DNA of 54,736 bases from NCBI GenBank assembly GCA_050014495.1, contig JBEKDF010000018.1, positions 1 to 54,736 on the forward strand. Direction: 5' to 3'. Below are positions 31,881-42,079 of the stretch, piece after piece. Position numbers and translations under genes: made by a program. Numbering within the stretch: the stretch's first letter is position 1; every line of letters begins with the position of its first letter. The notes beneath the pieces were generated by a model, which was not told the origin of the DNA, searched no databases, and worked only from the letters and a program-made list of their open reading frames with translations. Source of the DNA: Candidatus Bathyarchaeia archaeon. Its GTDB lineage: Archaea; Thermoproteota; Bathyarchaeia; TCS64.

Positions 31881-32828
31881 ATGTACAAGTACCCCTCGAA
31901 ACAGGGATACCTGATGCAGACAGCGCCACAGAGGCTTCAAAAACACGAGGAACAACCACAAAGCAATGAAGCAATAGAGCTCGATCCCGAAATCATAAAA
32001 CTCGCAAGCACAACAATGATCCTTCCACAATCAGAACAGGAAAATCAATACAATGCACTGAAGGAGATTAACACCGCTTTACTAAGGCTAAGACTCTCTA
32101 AAAACGAGGTCAAGATCTATCTTTTCCTTGCTAGACAAGGTGCTCAAAAAGCCCAAAGGATAGCTGAATCGCTGGGATTACCGAGAACAGAGGCCTATAA
32201 GGTTCTTCGTGAGCTCGAAAATAAGGGAATCATCTTCAGGATCCTGGAACGTCCCATGAAATTCATGGTTGTGCCCTTCGAGAAGATTCTTGAAGAGGAT
32301 ATAGAGGAGAGGCGGCAGAAGATCCTTAAGCTCGAGAAAAAGAAGGATGAGCTGCTTCACCTCTGGCAAACCCTACCGAAAGCATGTAACACAGAAGATG
32401 TGAAAGAGTCACTACAGATTATTGAGGGAAAGCGTCAAATCAGTGCAAGGATCGCACAAATCCTAGGGGAAACAAATAGAAAGATTAGGGTCGTTGTAAG
32501 TGACAGACATCTTGTTTGGCTGTTCAACTCAACCTTCTTCGAGGAACTAAACGAGAAGGGAGAGGTCGAGGCGAAAATCCTAACTGATTACTCCCAAACA
32601 AGCACATTTGTTATTGAGCAGGTGGTAATACCCTCATGCGATTTCGCCTTCCTTCGCACGAAGGGGCAGCCAAGCTTCGTCGTATCAGACATCGGAACCC
32701 TGATTCTTATCATGGAGGACAGCGATGAGAAATTCAGCGCGATGGAGACTAACTATGCTTCAATGCTGAGTTCTTACTCCTCACTCTTTGATCTGCTCTG
32801 GAAAAACCAAAGTCACGTTGAACACTGA
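31881..32828 (+). CDS. TrmB-family transcriptional regulator
   Basis: 'LSKNEVKIYLFL...IAESLGLPRTEAYKVLRELENKG...RP..F' TrmB HTH plus effector domain. Confidence 0.9.
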   Translation: MYKYPSKQGYLMQTAPQRLQKHEEQPQSNEAIELDPEIIKLASTTMILPQSEQENQYNALKEINTALLRLRLSKNEVKIYLFLARQGAQKAQRIAESLGLPRTEAYKVLRELENKGIIFRILERPMKFMVVPFEKILEEDIEERRQKILKLEKKKDELLHLWQTLPKACNTEDVKESLQIIEGKRQISARIAQILGETNRKIRVVVSDRHLVWLFNSTFFEELNEKGEVEAKILTDYSQTSTFVIEQVVIPSCDFAFLRTKGQPSFVVSDIGTLILIMEDSDEKFSAMETNYASMLSSYSSLFDLLWKNQSHVEH

Positions 32829-32833
32829 GTTCC

Positions 32834-33160
32834 CTAGATTAATAGGGAAACATTCCAGAATGTGACTGCTAACCTCACCAATCCAATTAAAAAGGGAAAA
32901 ATAAGGATTAATTTGGCTGAAGGATTTTTCACAATCCTGATCGACGTGAAAGTGACTGCGATGCTTATTAGGATTAGAAAAGCGTCGGTTTGAAGCCAGA
33001 GGCCTTTCTGCATTAGGCTTAACGCAAGTTGATTTGTCTCCATGAGATTCTGTCTACTTAACGCGATGCCTGTCGAGAGATGATCGCCAAAGACGCCTAG
33101 AACCATTGTAATGTAGGCTAAGACCTCGACCTTGGATGGAGGAACTCTCGAGAGCATCAT
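32834..33160 (-). CDS. small membrane protein (DUF5658-like)
   Basis: 'D.LST.IAL......ETN' with three TM segments. Confidence 0.6.
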   Translation of the reverse strand: MMLSRVPPSKVEVLAYITMVLGVFGDHLSTGIALSRQNLMETNQLALSLMQKGLWLQTDAFLILISIAVTFTSIRIVKNPSAKLILIFPFLIGLVRLAVTFWNVSLLI

Positions 33161-33370
33161 ACAATATAATATAGATCATTAATACCTATTTTAAATTCAT
33201 GCACGTTATGTGAGTTTAATTTTAGTTACCAAAAGTCGGATACCCTAAAATCGTGTTTTTGTAGCATCTTTCTGTGGTCTTAAATTAGAAGCCAACAAAA
33301 AGTTCCTCTATCTGTTTCAACTTCCCGATTACCTACTCAAATATACATCTGAAGTAAAAAAAGAACAATA

Positions 33371-33404
33371 TGTGTGTATCTGTGAAGACTCACAACTGCT
33401 TAAG
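33371..33404. promoter_or_regulatory. second copy of the operator/TATA element, upstream of a wHTH gene
   Basis: TGTGTATC-N6-GACTCACA followed by CTTAAG-TGAGGA (the first copy has TTATA-TGAGGA). Confidence 0.45.
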
Positions 33405-33492
33405 TGAGGATAGATGTGTCGATTCTGTCAGGTGAAAGTACGTGGAATCTGTATTAGGAATAGAAAAGTATGACAAGAGGAGAGAGAACTAG

Positions 33493-33795
33493 ATGACCAA
33501 CAGACGATCGAAACTCGAGATATATGTTGACATAATGGAGGAGATCAGAAGCGGTACTATTCTACCAACAAGGATCATGTACGCTGCAAATCTGTCCTGG
33601 AAACCTCTTCAGCAGATACTCAAATCACTTGTTACACAAGAACTCATCGAGGAATGCACCGCCGAAGAAGGCGATAAGAGAACCAAGAAGGCATATCGTC
33701 TCACAGAAAAAGGCAACAATGTCTTACACTACTTCAGAAAGGCTAAGGAACTCGTAGAAAAGGAGTCACCCGCCGAGATTAGGAACTGGCGTTAG
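33493..33795 (+). CDS. archaeal winged-helix transcriptional regulator
   Basis: 'RRSKLEIYVDIM...TRIMYAANLSW...YRLTEKG'. Confidence 0.9.
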   Translation: MTNRRSKLEIYVDIMEEIRSGTILPTRIMYAANLSWKPLQQILKSLVTQELIEECTAEEGDKRTKKAYRLTEKGNNVLHYFRKAKELVEKESPAEIRNWR

Positions 33796-34002
33796 GACTC
33801 TTTCTACAACTTTTTAATCTATTATGTCGTTTACAATTGACGTTTTTTCGGTTTTAAGTTCCTTGGACAACCACGGCGCGCGCTCATGTAGAAATCCTGT
33901 TGCCTTTAAGTGATTTTTAAAAATCATTGATGAAGATTGGTAGTGCTCATAAATGAGTGGGATATTACATTTATGAACTTCAAGCAGAGGTAAAAATAAG
34001 CC

Positions 34003-34761
34003 ATGGTCCAAATCGAATTAACAATTCTGAGGGTATTGATGACCGTGGCTATGCTTGCTTATGCAGGTTATGAGGACTTCAAATACCGTGAAGTGAGTGA
34101 TTGGATTTGGATTATCTTCGCCGCCTTGTGGCTACCGCTTGATGCCTATGAGATATGGATAGGAAACCTCTCCATCACGTCATTTGCACTTGCTATCGCC
34201 TTCTCAGCCGTTCTAGCTATTGGTGGCTATATATTCAGCTTGTTTGGGGAGGCTGATCTCCTCGCATTTTTGGTTATATCCGTACTCAACCCGATAACCC
34301 CTAACCTAGGTTTAACACCGGTCTTGTTTTCCCCAATCTTTTTTCCACTGAGTATAATCTCAAACACGGTCCTTATCGCGGCTTCAAGTGTCTTCTTAAT
34401 CCTTGGGTTGAATATTATAGGTGAAAAGGGGCGGTTTGAGGGTTATGAGGGTCTTAGTTTAGTCGGAAAATTGGGCCTTCTCATGACAGCAAGAAGGAAG
34501 GAAATCGAATCGGTCAGAGGCCCTCCATTTGAGTACCCATTGGAGTCTATAAAAGAAGATGGGAGTATTCAGTTGAGTCTATGGCCCGACATTTCTGATG
34601 ATTCAAAAGCTACCGAAACACTGAACCAGTTTAAAAATATGAATAAAAAACGCGTATGGGTAACCTATACTCAGCCATTCCTCTTCATTCTTCTACTAGG
34701 CTATATATCTACAATCCTATTAGGAGACATTATTCTCTGGCTTGTAACCAGATTTATTTAA
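34003..34761 (+). CDS. A24 prepilin/prearchaellin peptidase (FlaK/PibD-like)
   Basis: 'YEDFKYREV', 'FGEAD', C-terminal 'VWVTYTQPFL'. Confidence 0.85.
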   Translation: MVQIELTILRVLMTVAMLAYAGYEDFKYREVSDWIWIIFAALWLPLDAYEIWIGNLSITSFALAIAFSAVLAIGGYIFSLFGEADLLAFLVISVLNPITPNLGLTPVLFSPIFFPLSIISNTVLIAASSVFLILGLNIIGEKGRFEGYEGLSLVGKLGLLMTARRKEIESVRGPPFEYPLESIKEDGSIQLSLWPDISDDSKATETLNQFKNMNKKRVWVTYTQPFLFILLLGYISTILLGDIILWLVTRFI

Positions 34762-34855
34762 TATTAAAAATTCATTCGGATTAGTAGTATTTGAAAAATG
34801 GATTCAAAAACCATAAAATCTTTTTTTAAACATATCGGATGTAAGTCAGAATAGC

Positions 34856-35380
34856 ATGGATAGACCACAGAAAGAAATACCCATTAGCTGTCAGTGTTCT
34901 GTCGAAAGCGATTCAGAAGATTCTCATGATATCCTTTGGGTCAAAACAAAATACAAGTTTGACCAGATCAACATCAGAAAATCAAAGTCTATCCTTGTTG
35001 TCGATGAGAATTATCTAACGGATACTTTAAGTTCAATTTTGGAAAACTCAGATTTTCATGTCGACTCGGTTCAGAACGGTATACAGGCATTGAGAATGAT
35101 GGTAAACAAACACTATGACATCGTGGTGATGGAGGCCAATCTACCTGGCTTAAAGGGTGGTGAGTTGGCTCAGATCACCAAAAACATGTACCCGGACACC
35201 AAGGTCGTTCTTATGATACGTGATGAGTACTCTGATGATCTAAGTGACATATCAACAGACGTCGACGATGTGCTTCTCAAGCCTTTCGCTCCAGAGGAAC
35301 TCGTCAGAATTGCGAAAAGATTGCTTGAGCCAGGGGAGGAGACGAAGACTGAGCATAAACTTGGGCTCCCGTTCGCCTGA
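34856..35380 (+). CDS. response regulator receiver protein (atypical: Glu at the phosphoacceptor position)
   Basis: 'ILVVDE', 'YDIVVMEANLPG..G', 'LLKPF'. Confidence 0.8.
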   Translation: MDRPQKEIPISCQCSVESDSEDSHDILWVKTKYKFDQINIRKSKSILVVDENYLTDTLSSILENSDFHVDSVQNGIQALRMMVNKHYDIVVMEANLPGLKGGELAQITKNMYPDTKVVLMIRDEYSDDLSDISTDVDDVLLKPFAPEELVRIAKRLLEPGEETKTEHKLGLPFA

Positions 35381-35382
35381 GC

Positions 35383-36300
35383 TTAATCTGCGGTAAGATA
35401 AATTGGATTAGACCAAGCCGTCCTTCCTTTTTCATCAGTGGCCTCGATGCGTATGTATGTCTCCCCTTTCCGCGGTTTGTAGGCTGCCTCCATAATTGAA
35501 CCATTGATGGCCCAGTACTTCGTGCCACGGCTAGGAGTTGAGATGAAACCAATTGAGGCAGAGGGACTGGTTTTGGCTACTATTGTATCTCCCTCATAGG
35601 TTATGCCCCTAATCTCGGGACCATTACTAGCATAGAATTGGCCGGCCTTTATCGATGATAGGATGGATTCAGCGCTGTTGTCCTTCACCTTAACGCTTAT
35701 CCAGGAAACGGCTGCATCGGAGAGCTTCATGGGATCGGGTGTTCCGTGATGGTCGTCGGTGGCGAACAGTAGAAACTTTCTGCCTTTTGCCAGGGCGGAG
35801 TCTACGTGTGGTCTTGAGTCCCCGGCTCCGTTGTATATCTCGCAGTTCGAGTTGTAGATCTCGACTCCATCGTATCCTATGGGCCGAAGCATATCATTGC
35901 TGGTTAAACCGCTCCAGTAGGGGTGTGCGAGGATTGCGAGTCCACCATTCTTCTTTATTGTATCGATAGCGGCCTGCGGGTTACTCTTTGTATCGAAGTC
36001 ACGGAATGGTAGACTCTCACATATGCCGATAGCTACAATGTGAAAGGTTGTCCCCGCCTCGGATAAGCCGAGGCTTATTTCCTCACCCGATATGAGGGTT
36101 ATTCCTCTCGTGGAAAGTGTGGATGGGTCGGTCAACCGTCCATGGTCGGTTATGCTCAGGAAGTCGTATCCCTTGGATCTGTAGTTGTTCACGACTTCTT
36201 GTGGGGTATGAACACCATCAGAGTTGGTGGAGTGTGTATGCAGGTTGCCTTTAAGCCATCTGCCCTCCGAGTTGAACGGGTCGCTGTACTCCGTGAGCAT
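35383..36300 (-). CDS. PHP-domain metallohydrolase (CehA/McbA-like)
   Basis: 'KGNLHTHS..SDG', 'DFLSITDH', 'AHPYW', 'TDDHH'. Confidence 0.9.
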   Translation of the reverse strand: MLTEYSDPFNSEGRWLKGNLHTHSTNSDGVHTPQEVVNNYRSKGYDFLSITDHGRLTDPSTLSTRGITLISGEEISLGLSEAGTTFHIVAIGICESLPFRDFDTKSNPQAAIDTIKKNGGLAILAHPYWSGLTSNDMLRPIGYDGVEIYNSNCEIYNGAGDSRPHVDSALAKGRKFLLFATDDHHGTPDPMKLSDAAVSWISVKVKDNSAESILSSIKAGQFYASNGPEIRGITYEGDTIVAKTSPSASIGFISTPSRGTKYWAINGSIMEAAYKPRKGETYIRIEATDEKGRTAWSNPIYLTAD

Positions 36301-36337
36301 GTAGGTATGTTGTTTGAATTGGGTTTAAGCAGTTCTC

Positions 36338-37210
36338 CTAAGTGAGTGTTGCGATTATAAAGACGCCTATGAATATTGTGGCGGAGCCCAGGATGCGTGG
36401 TGCGCCATAGTTTTCTCCTAGAAGTACGACTCCGAGGAGGGCGCCGATGACTACGCTAATCTGTCTGAAGGCGAGGAGATAACCTACTGGGACTAAGGTC
36501 ATTGCGACTAGTACCAGGAGGTATCCCCCCCTCATAAGAGCCCCTGACAGTGTTATCCTCCTCCACGTGCCCCTCCACTCGGATACGAGGTTGCTCCAAC
36601 CCCTCCTCTGGAGTACAATCGGAGCGAGCGCGAGGGTTATGACTAACTCCAACCAAAAGTCGTAGAGTATAGGATCGACGTGTGTCACAGCTACCTTGTC
36701 GCAGAGGGAGTAGATCGTTGTGCCTATGGCGGCGATGACTGCGAAACCAAAGGCAGGACCCCAGAAGCTGTGAAGTGGTTCAAGCAGGCTAGTGAGTCGA
36801 AGCGACTTAAGGTGCAGTATGTAGACGCCTATGAGAATAAGGAGTATTCCAATCACACCGGCTGTTGTGAGTGTCTCTCCCAAGAACACAGCCCCAGCCA
36901 CAGCTACAAAGAGTGGTGCACTTCTAGCGACGGGGTAGACTATGCTGAGGTCCCCCGCATCGTAGGCGTGGCTGAGGGCTAGGAAGTAGATGACCTCCGC
37001 CAATGCGCTCGCCACTAGAAATGGGAGTATCCCAGTGTAGAGGGACCAGTCTTTGAGAATAAAGATGAAGACGGGTAGGAGTGTGATCTGGCTCGTTAGG
37101 TTCATTAAAAGCATGAAGGAGTCCTTGTCACGTGAACCCTTGGCGAGGTAGTTCCACGCCGCGTGGGATGCTGCACTGACTAGGATGAGGGCAACGGCGA
37201 GGGGCTCCAT
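36338..37210 (-). CDS. EamA/DMT family transporter
   Basis: Start MEPLAVAL at 37210; 'HAAWN', 'GDLSIVYPVARS', 'LLGE'. Confidence 0.9.
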   Translation of the reverse strand: MEPLAVALILVSAASHAAWNYLAKGSRDKDSFMLLMNLTSQITLLPVFIFILKDWSLYTGILPFLVASALAEVIYFLALSHAYDAGDLSIVYPVARSAPLFVAVAGAVFLGETLTTAGVIGILLILIGVYILHLKSLRLTSLLEPLHSFWGPAFGFAVIAAIGTTIYSLCDKVAVTHVDPILYDFWLELVITLALAPIVLQRRGWSNLVSEWRGTWRRITLSGALMRGGYLLVLVAMTLVPVGYLLAFRQISVVIGALLGVVLLGENYGAPRILGSATIFIGVFIIATLT

Positions 37211-37268
37211 GCAAGTTATGGCGTCACATGAGTTAAAATCATTAGCAGCCTGAATAACATCTATAATT

Positions 37269-37832
37269 ATGACCGACAGGTGTTTCGTGGCAGTCGACAT
37301 CAACGACCCACCACTCAAAGCAGCCCTCGTGCGAGCACAAGGCGTCATGTTAGCGACTGGAGCGGACGTCAAGGCGGTCGAGGAGGAGAACATCCACATC
37401 ACCCTAAAGTTTCTGGGTGAGATACCCGAGGTGAGGACCATCCAAGTCTCGGACTTGGTAATGGGCATAGCCTTTAGACCCTTCACACTCGATTTCCACG
37501 GCGTCGGCGTCTTCCCCTCACAAAGCAGGCCCAGCGTCATCTGGGCGGGGGTCTCTGGGGAGGCATCGGAGATGTTGGCGGTCTTCACCGATCTGGAGAA
37601 GGGACTGAAGTCCCTGGGCTTCGAGCCGGAGAGGAGGCCATTCCAACCACACGTTACGTTGTGCCGCATCAGGAGTGGGAGAAACAGGGCTCAACTAGTT
37701 GAGATGGTAAGGGTGATGGAGGACGAAGAGTTTGGCCCACTTAGGGTTGAGCATATCAGCCTAAAGAAGAGTGTGTTGACGAGGAGTGGTCCCATCTATT
37801 CAACTATTGCGGAGTCTAAAGCACTCGTGTAG
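37269..37832 (+). CDS. thpR: RNA 2',3'-cyclic phosphodiesterase (2'-5' RNA ligase)
   Basis: Two HxT motifs, 'HITLKFLG' and 'PHVTL'; 'S.L...GPIY'. Confidence 0.95.
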   Translation: MTDRCFVAVDINDPPLKAALVRAQGVMLATGADVKAVEEENIHITLKFLGEIPEVRTIQVSDLVMGIAFRPFTLDFHGVGVFPSQSRPSVIWAGVSGEASEMLAVFTDLEKGLKSLGFEPERRPFQPHVTLCRIRSGRNRAQLVEMVRVMEDEEFGPLRVEHISLKKSVLTRSGPIYSTIAESKALV

Positions 37833-37935
37833 ATTTCATCGGTAGAGTCCCACAATAGACACGTAACTAAGATGAAGTAACACCTAGCTGTTATGCGGTA
37901 GATATTTCAACATTACGAGTGTCTATTCTTCCATA

Positions 37936-39342
37936 GTGATGAGCTCTTTGCCATTACCCGAGCCATGGATCCAAATAAGAAGTGAAATACTCACAGTAGT
38001 CAAGCCAACAAAGCGTGAACATGACGAGATCAACGCTTTCATTGTTAAGTTAAAGAAAAGTTTAACGGAGGCGCTAAGCGAAAGCGGCATCGACGCCAAC
38101 GTCGAGGTACATGGCTCTGTCGCCCGAGATACTTGGTTAGCTGATCAAAGGGACATAGACACATTCATCATATTGAATCACGGCTCTGGGAGAAGGGATC
38201 TACTCAGGGTGAACGAGGTTGTAAAGGGCTACCTGGGTGAAGGGTGGGTAGAGGCTTACGCTGAGCACCCCTACGTTAAGAAGGAGATTGAGGGTTTCGA
38301 GGTAGAATTTATACCCTGCTTTAGGACCGAGGCAGGTAAAGGATTCGCCTCTTCTACTGATCGAACCCCACTTCACACAGGCTACCTTCTCCCACGCCTC
38401 ACCAGCCCACAGAGGGATGACATCAGGGTCCTGAAGGCGTTCATGAAAGGCATCGGTGTCTACGGTGCAGAGATTAAGGTAGGCGGCTTCTCTGGCTATC
38501 TGTGTGAGCTCCTCGTAGTTGCCTTCGGTTCATTCGAAGGAGTGATCGAGGAGGCTGGGAGCTGGGGAGACCCACCAGTGATTCACATTAATAATGAGGG
38601 TATTCCTCCGAATTTCAAGGAGCCTCTTATCGTAATCGATCCCGTAGACCCAAATAGGAACGTTGCCTCCGCAGTCACTGAGACGACTTTATGGACCTTC
38701 GTTGCCGCGGCCCGAGCATTCTCACTTAATCCAAGCAAGAAATATTTCCAACCCGAATCAAGGAAGGCCTCAAGTCGACAACTTGAGAGCCTCCTAAGGA
38801 GGGGTGTCGACTTTCTGTTCGTCGTCATCCCCGACAACGATCCCCCTGTGCCGGATACTCTCTGGGGGCAGTTATACAGGACCGAGAAGGCACTAGGGAG
38901 AATATTGAGGGAGGATGACTTCAGGGTCTTCAGGTCAGGTACCTGGAGCGACGAGAAGGAGAGGCATATTTTCGTCTACGAACTCGAGTCCATCACCCTC
39001 CCACCCACAGTCAAGAAGATGGGACCACCGGTGCGCCTAATCAAGGAGAGCGAGGACTTCTTGAACAGCTACATTGACTACCCTAACCTCATCAGTGGCC
39101 CCGGTATCGAAGGTGGAAAATGGTGGGTCGAGGTGAAAAGAAAGCACGAATTCACGAAGTCTTACCTCAGGAGGAACATATCCAGCGGTTGTGAGGAACT
39201 CGGGGTCCCGAAGAGGATGGCGGACCTTCTCAGAGAAGATGGGAGGGTGCTGATAAACGAAGAGATCATGCCCGAATACAATGGCGAGTTCTCCACTTTC
39301 CTGGATGGTTTCCTAAGGGGTAGGCCTGAGTGGCTTGGCTGA
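37936..39342 (+). CDS. cca: archaeal class I CCA-adding enzyme
   Basis: 'GSVARDTWL...DIDTF', 'YAEHPYV', 'DRTPLHT', 'GFSGYLCELL', 'DPVDPNRNVA'. Confidence 0.95.
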   Translation: MMSSLPLPEPWIQIRSEILTVVKPTKREHDEINAFIVKLKKSLTEALSESGIDANVEVHGSVARDTWLADQRDIDTFIILNHGSGRRDLLRVNEVVKGYLGEGWVEAYAEHPYVKKEIEGFEVEFIPCFRTEAGKGFASSTDRTPLHTGYLLPRLTSPQRDDIRVLKAFMKGIGVYGAEIKVGGFSGYLCELLVVAFGSFEGVIEEAGSWGDPPVIHINNEGIPPNFKEPLIVIDPVDPNRNVASAVTETTLWTFVAAARAFSLNPSKKYFQPESRKASSRQLESLLRRGVDFLFVVIPDNDPPVPDTLWGQLYRTEKALGRILREDDFRVFRSGTWSDEKERHIFVYELESITLPPTVKKMGPPVRLIKESEDFLNSYIDYPNLISGPGIEGGKWWVEVKRKHEFTKSYLRRNISSGCEELGVPKRMADLLREDGRVLINEEIMPEYNGEFSTFLDGFLRGRPEWLG

Positions 39343-40120
39343 CCGGATACCTCTACGCGATCTGCTCACGCACCCCAAGGGTGTTCTGATCTGCTGGCCT
39401 ATCTGGGACGCTGAAACAGCGGAGAGGCGCATCGAGGAGCTGGGGAGGCTCGGAGTAAGAGCGATCATATTCGAGGGTCCTCATGTGGTAGAGACTATCC
39501 CAGTAATCGGGAAGGGAAACACCTCAATCGTCTTGAAAGCGGTGACCAACGAGGGTTTATGCGCAGCGAAGATCAGGAGGACTGATGCCGACAGGGTCGA
39601 CTTCGAAGAGGAGGGAAGGCTCCTCGGCGTAGCTAACAGTATCGGCATTGGGCCTAAAGTATACCGTTGGGGGCGCTGGAGCCTACTGATGGAGCTTATC
39701 GAAGGACCATATCTAAGTGAGTGGGTGAGAGGACTCGGGTTAGGCGACGCTAAGATTCTCACATGTGTGATCAGGGAGCTCGTTAAGCAGGCTAGGAAGA
39801 TGGATGAGGCTGGGCTTGATCACGGGGAGCTTGTTAGGCTCCGTAGGCACACCATGATACGTGGCTTCGAACCGGTAATAATCGACTTCGAGTCAGCGAG
39901 CACAAGCAGGCGAGTCGCTAACGTGACAACCGTCATACAGTCACTTTTCCTCAACAACACGGCGAGCACCATTATCGGGAGCGTAATGGGACTCCCGAAT
40001 AGGGATGAACTGCTCGAAGCTCTACGTGCCTATAAAAGGGATATGAGTGAGGGCAACTTCTGCTCCCTCCTCCGGGTTGCTGGGCTGGGAAAGGATTTCA
40101 GGATACTCACGGAACCTTAG
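39335..40120 (+). CDS. atypical Ser/Thr kinase (RIO/Bud32-like) linked to cca
   Basis: 'IGKG.TS.V', 'AKIRR', 'LMELIEG', 'DHGEL', 'IIDFESAS'. Confidence 0.85.
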   Translation: MADRIPLRDLLTHPKGVLICWPIWDAETAERRIEELGRLGVRAIIFEGPHVVETIPVIGKGNTSIVLKAVTNEGLCAAKIRRTDADRVDFEEEGRLLGVANSIGIGPKVYRWGRWSLLMELIEGPYLSEWVRGLGLGDAKILTCVIRELVKQARKMDEAGLDHGELVRLRRHTMIRGFEPVIIDFESASTSRRVANVTTVIQSLFLNNTASTIIGSVMGLPNRDELLEALRAYKRDMSEGNFCSLLRVAGLGKDFRILTEP

Positions 40121-40304
40121 TACGATTAATGATCAAAGCGGCAAATGGTGTCGCCTTAGTGTGCGCTCGATCTACTGAAAATAGAGAGAATGGAGCACGC
40201 TCCTACTTACTAACCTCGAAAATCAGTCTTAATATTGTAAACTTGGGTGCTATGTCGGTGCTAGTAAGCTTTTTACTGTGGGTGTTGTGTCTAGTGTTGG
40301 ATTT

Positions 40305-40381
40305 GGGATCGTGGTCTAGCTTGGTAAGATTCGTGCCTGGGGCGTACGAGTTCGTGAGTTCAAATCTCACCGATCCCACCA
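40305..40381 (+). tRNA. tRNA-Pro (GGG), intronless, CCA encoded
   Basis: Acceptor stem GGGATCG/CGATCCC, D arm GTCT/AGAT, anticodon arm CGTGC-CTGGGGC-GTACG, T arm GTGAG-TTCAAAT-CTCAC, then ACCA. Confidence 0.95.
40354..40381 (+). repeat. attL (tRNA-Pro 3' end)
   Basis: GTGAGTTCAAATCTCACCGATCCCACCA, identical to 49468-49495. Confidence 0.92.
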
Positions 40382-40385
40382 TTTC

Positions 40386-41315
40386 ATGAACCCACTGCTG
40401 TTATCTGGGGTCTCGGAGCAGAGTTATAATCAGCAGGTTGTCCTGATCCTTGAGCACAGTTTTTGGCTGAAGAAGCAAGGATACAGGGAGTCAACGGTTT
40501 CAACCGCAACACACTCCCTGAAGGCTTTGGCTAAGGGCTGCGACCTGATGAACCCAGAGGATGTTAAGGAGAACATTGCTTTTAGGCAGGTCTCGGAAGC
40601 CCAGAAGGAGAAGCTATGCAGCGTTTATGACAGATACTGTAAACAGCACAGTTTGATCTGGTCCATCCCCAAATACCGAAGGGTTACGAGGCTTCCATAT
40701 GTCCCGAAACAGGACGATATCATTCTTCTGATAAACGCCCTATCCAGAAGGCAGGGCACATTCGTTCAACTCATAATGGAAACGGGAGCTAGGGCGGGAG
40801 AGGTATGGCAACTAAAATGGATCGACATCGATTCAGAGAACAATGCGATAACAATCAACAATCCTGAGAAGAACAGCAATCCCCGAAAACTAAGGGTGTC
40901 GAAAGCCCTGATCGCCAAGCTGAACGCCCTGACCAGAAAATGCCCATGTGTCTTCAAGGTTCAGGAGAAAAGCAACTTCCTGAGTTTCGCAAGGTGCTTC
41001 TATAAGGCTAGGCTTCGGATTGCGGAAGAACTGAAAAACCCCAATATTGACAGGATCAACCTCAAGAGCCTAAGACACTTCAGGGCTAGTCAGATATACG
41101 CCCAAACCAAAGACCTCCTATATACCCAAAGGCAGCTCGGGCATCGATCAATCTCATCAACGATGGTCTACGTGCACCTTACCGAGTTCGAGGAGGATGG
41201 ATTTTTTATTGTCAAGGTTGCAGGGGATTTGAACGAGTTCGTAGGACTGATTGAGAGCGGGTTTGAGTTCATTTCGGATTATGATGGTAAGAAAGTATGT
41301 AGGAAACGGAAGTGA
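40386..41315 (+). CDS. tyrosine recombinase/integrase
   Basis: 'ETGARAGE' (R), 'EKNS' (K), 'KSLRH', 'LGHRSISSTMVYVH' (H, Y); starts 5 bp after the tRNA. Confidence 0.93.
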   Translation: MNPLLLSGVSEQSYNQQVVLILEHSFWLKKQGYRESTVSTATHSLKALAKGCDLMNPEDVKENIAFRQVSEAQKEKLCSVYDRYCKQHSLIWSIPKYRRVTRLPYVPKQDDIILLINALSRRQGTFVQLIMETGARAGEVWQLKWIDIDSENNAITINNPEKNSNPRKLRVSKALIAKLNALTRKCPCVFKVQEKSNFLSFARCFYKARLRIAEELKNPNIDRINLKSLRHFRASQIYAQTKDLLYTQRQLGHRSISSTMVYVHLTEFEEDGFFIVKVAGDLNEFVGLIESGFEFISDYDGKKVCRKRK

Positions 41316-41321
41316 CTGGGC

Positions 41322-41441
41322 TTGAATGATGATTCAATCGTTCAAGGGTTTGTTGAAGGGGTAGGTTTCGCCCTAAAGGTGCTGAGTGTCCTATTCCTTG
41401 TTGGGTTGGCTGTTGTGATCTTCTTTATCATTTTTCATTAA
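41322..41441 (+). CDS. 39-aa single-TM microprotein
   Basis: TTG...TAA reading MNDDSIVQGFVEGVGFALKVLSVLFLVGLAVVIFFIIFH directly after the integrase; below the ORF-track cutoff. Confidence 0.45.
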   Translation: MNDDSIVQGFVEGVGFALKVLSVLFLVGLAVVIFFIIFH

Positions 41442-41489
41442 CTTGAAACGTCCAAATCTTTATAGGAACCTCCAGATAAAATATTCAGT

Positions 41490-42056
41490 ATGGACCCAAC
41501 AGCAATTATCGCTATAGCAATATCATTTCTAAGCATTGTATTCATATTGATAACTCAAGGACCAGATCAAATAACTAAGTTTAGAGAATCGGCAGATACT
41601 GTGAACAGACGTGAAAAAATAAATAGTTGCTTACAAAAAGAACTGATTGAAGAGTTACAAGAAAATAAAGAAAATGGTATCTTCGATTTAGAACCGGATG
41701 GAATAGAAAACAGAGAAAAAATAGATGATTTAGAATATTTCGGATTTACCATTTTTGTTGTGAATAATATCAGCGAAGATATACTAAATAAAATAATGCA
41801 AAACGCAAAAAACGCTCTCAAGAGATTTATTTATTTTAGTTTTGTTGTGACATTAACTTTGGTGATTTATATAAGCACAGATGTAACAAGTATTTTCAAT
41901 AATTTTATGTTAGCAGTTTACGCTGGGTTTGCTTTAGTTCTTGGATACATGATGTATGATAGTACCCGTAAATATTCGAATCTAAAAGAAGACTTCATTA
42001 AACTATACGAAGACCCAACTATCGAAAATGCTAGAGAAATATATTATAAGATATAA
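41490..42056 (+). CDS. hypothetical membrane protein (element cargo)
   Basis: Three TM segments; AT-rich. Confidence 0.65.
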   Translation: MDPTAIIAIAISFLSIVFILITQGPDQITKFRESADTVNRREKINSCLQKELIEELQENKENGIFDLEPDGIENREKIDDLEYFGFTIFVVNNISEDILNKIMQNAKNALKRFIYFSFVVTLTLVIYISTDVTSIFNNFMLAVYAGFALVLGYMMYDSTRKYSNLKEDFIKLYEDPTIENAREIYYKI

Positions 42057-42079
42057 GTATAAAAAGTGAGTATCCACAT

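Noticed and set aside
37211..37669. N-terminal extension of the 443-aa EamA ORF
   Set aside because: It is antisense to thpR; the transporter sequence starts at 37210.
37269..40120. thpR-cca-kinase cluster as a novel RNA repair system
   Set aside because: To my knowledge this is a conserved archaeal housekeeping neighbourhood, not specific to this locus.
40129..40389. 86-aa ORF
   Set aside because: It overlaps the tRNA-Pro gene and its promoter, so it is probably spurious.
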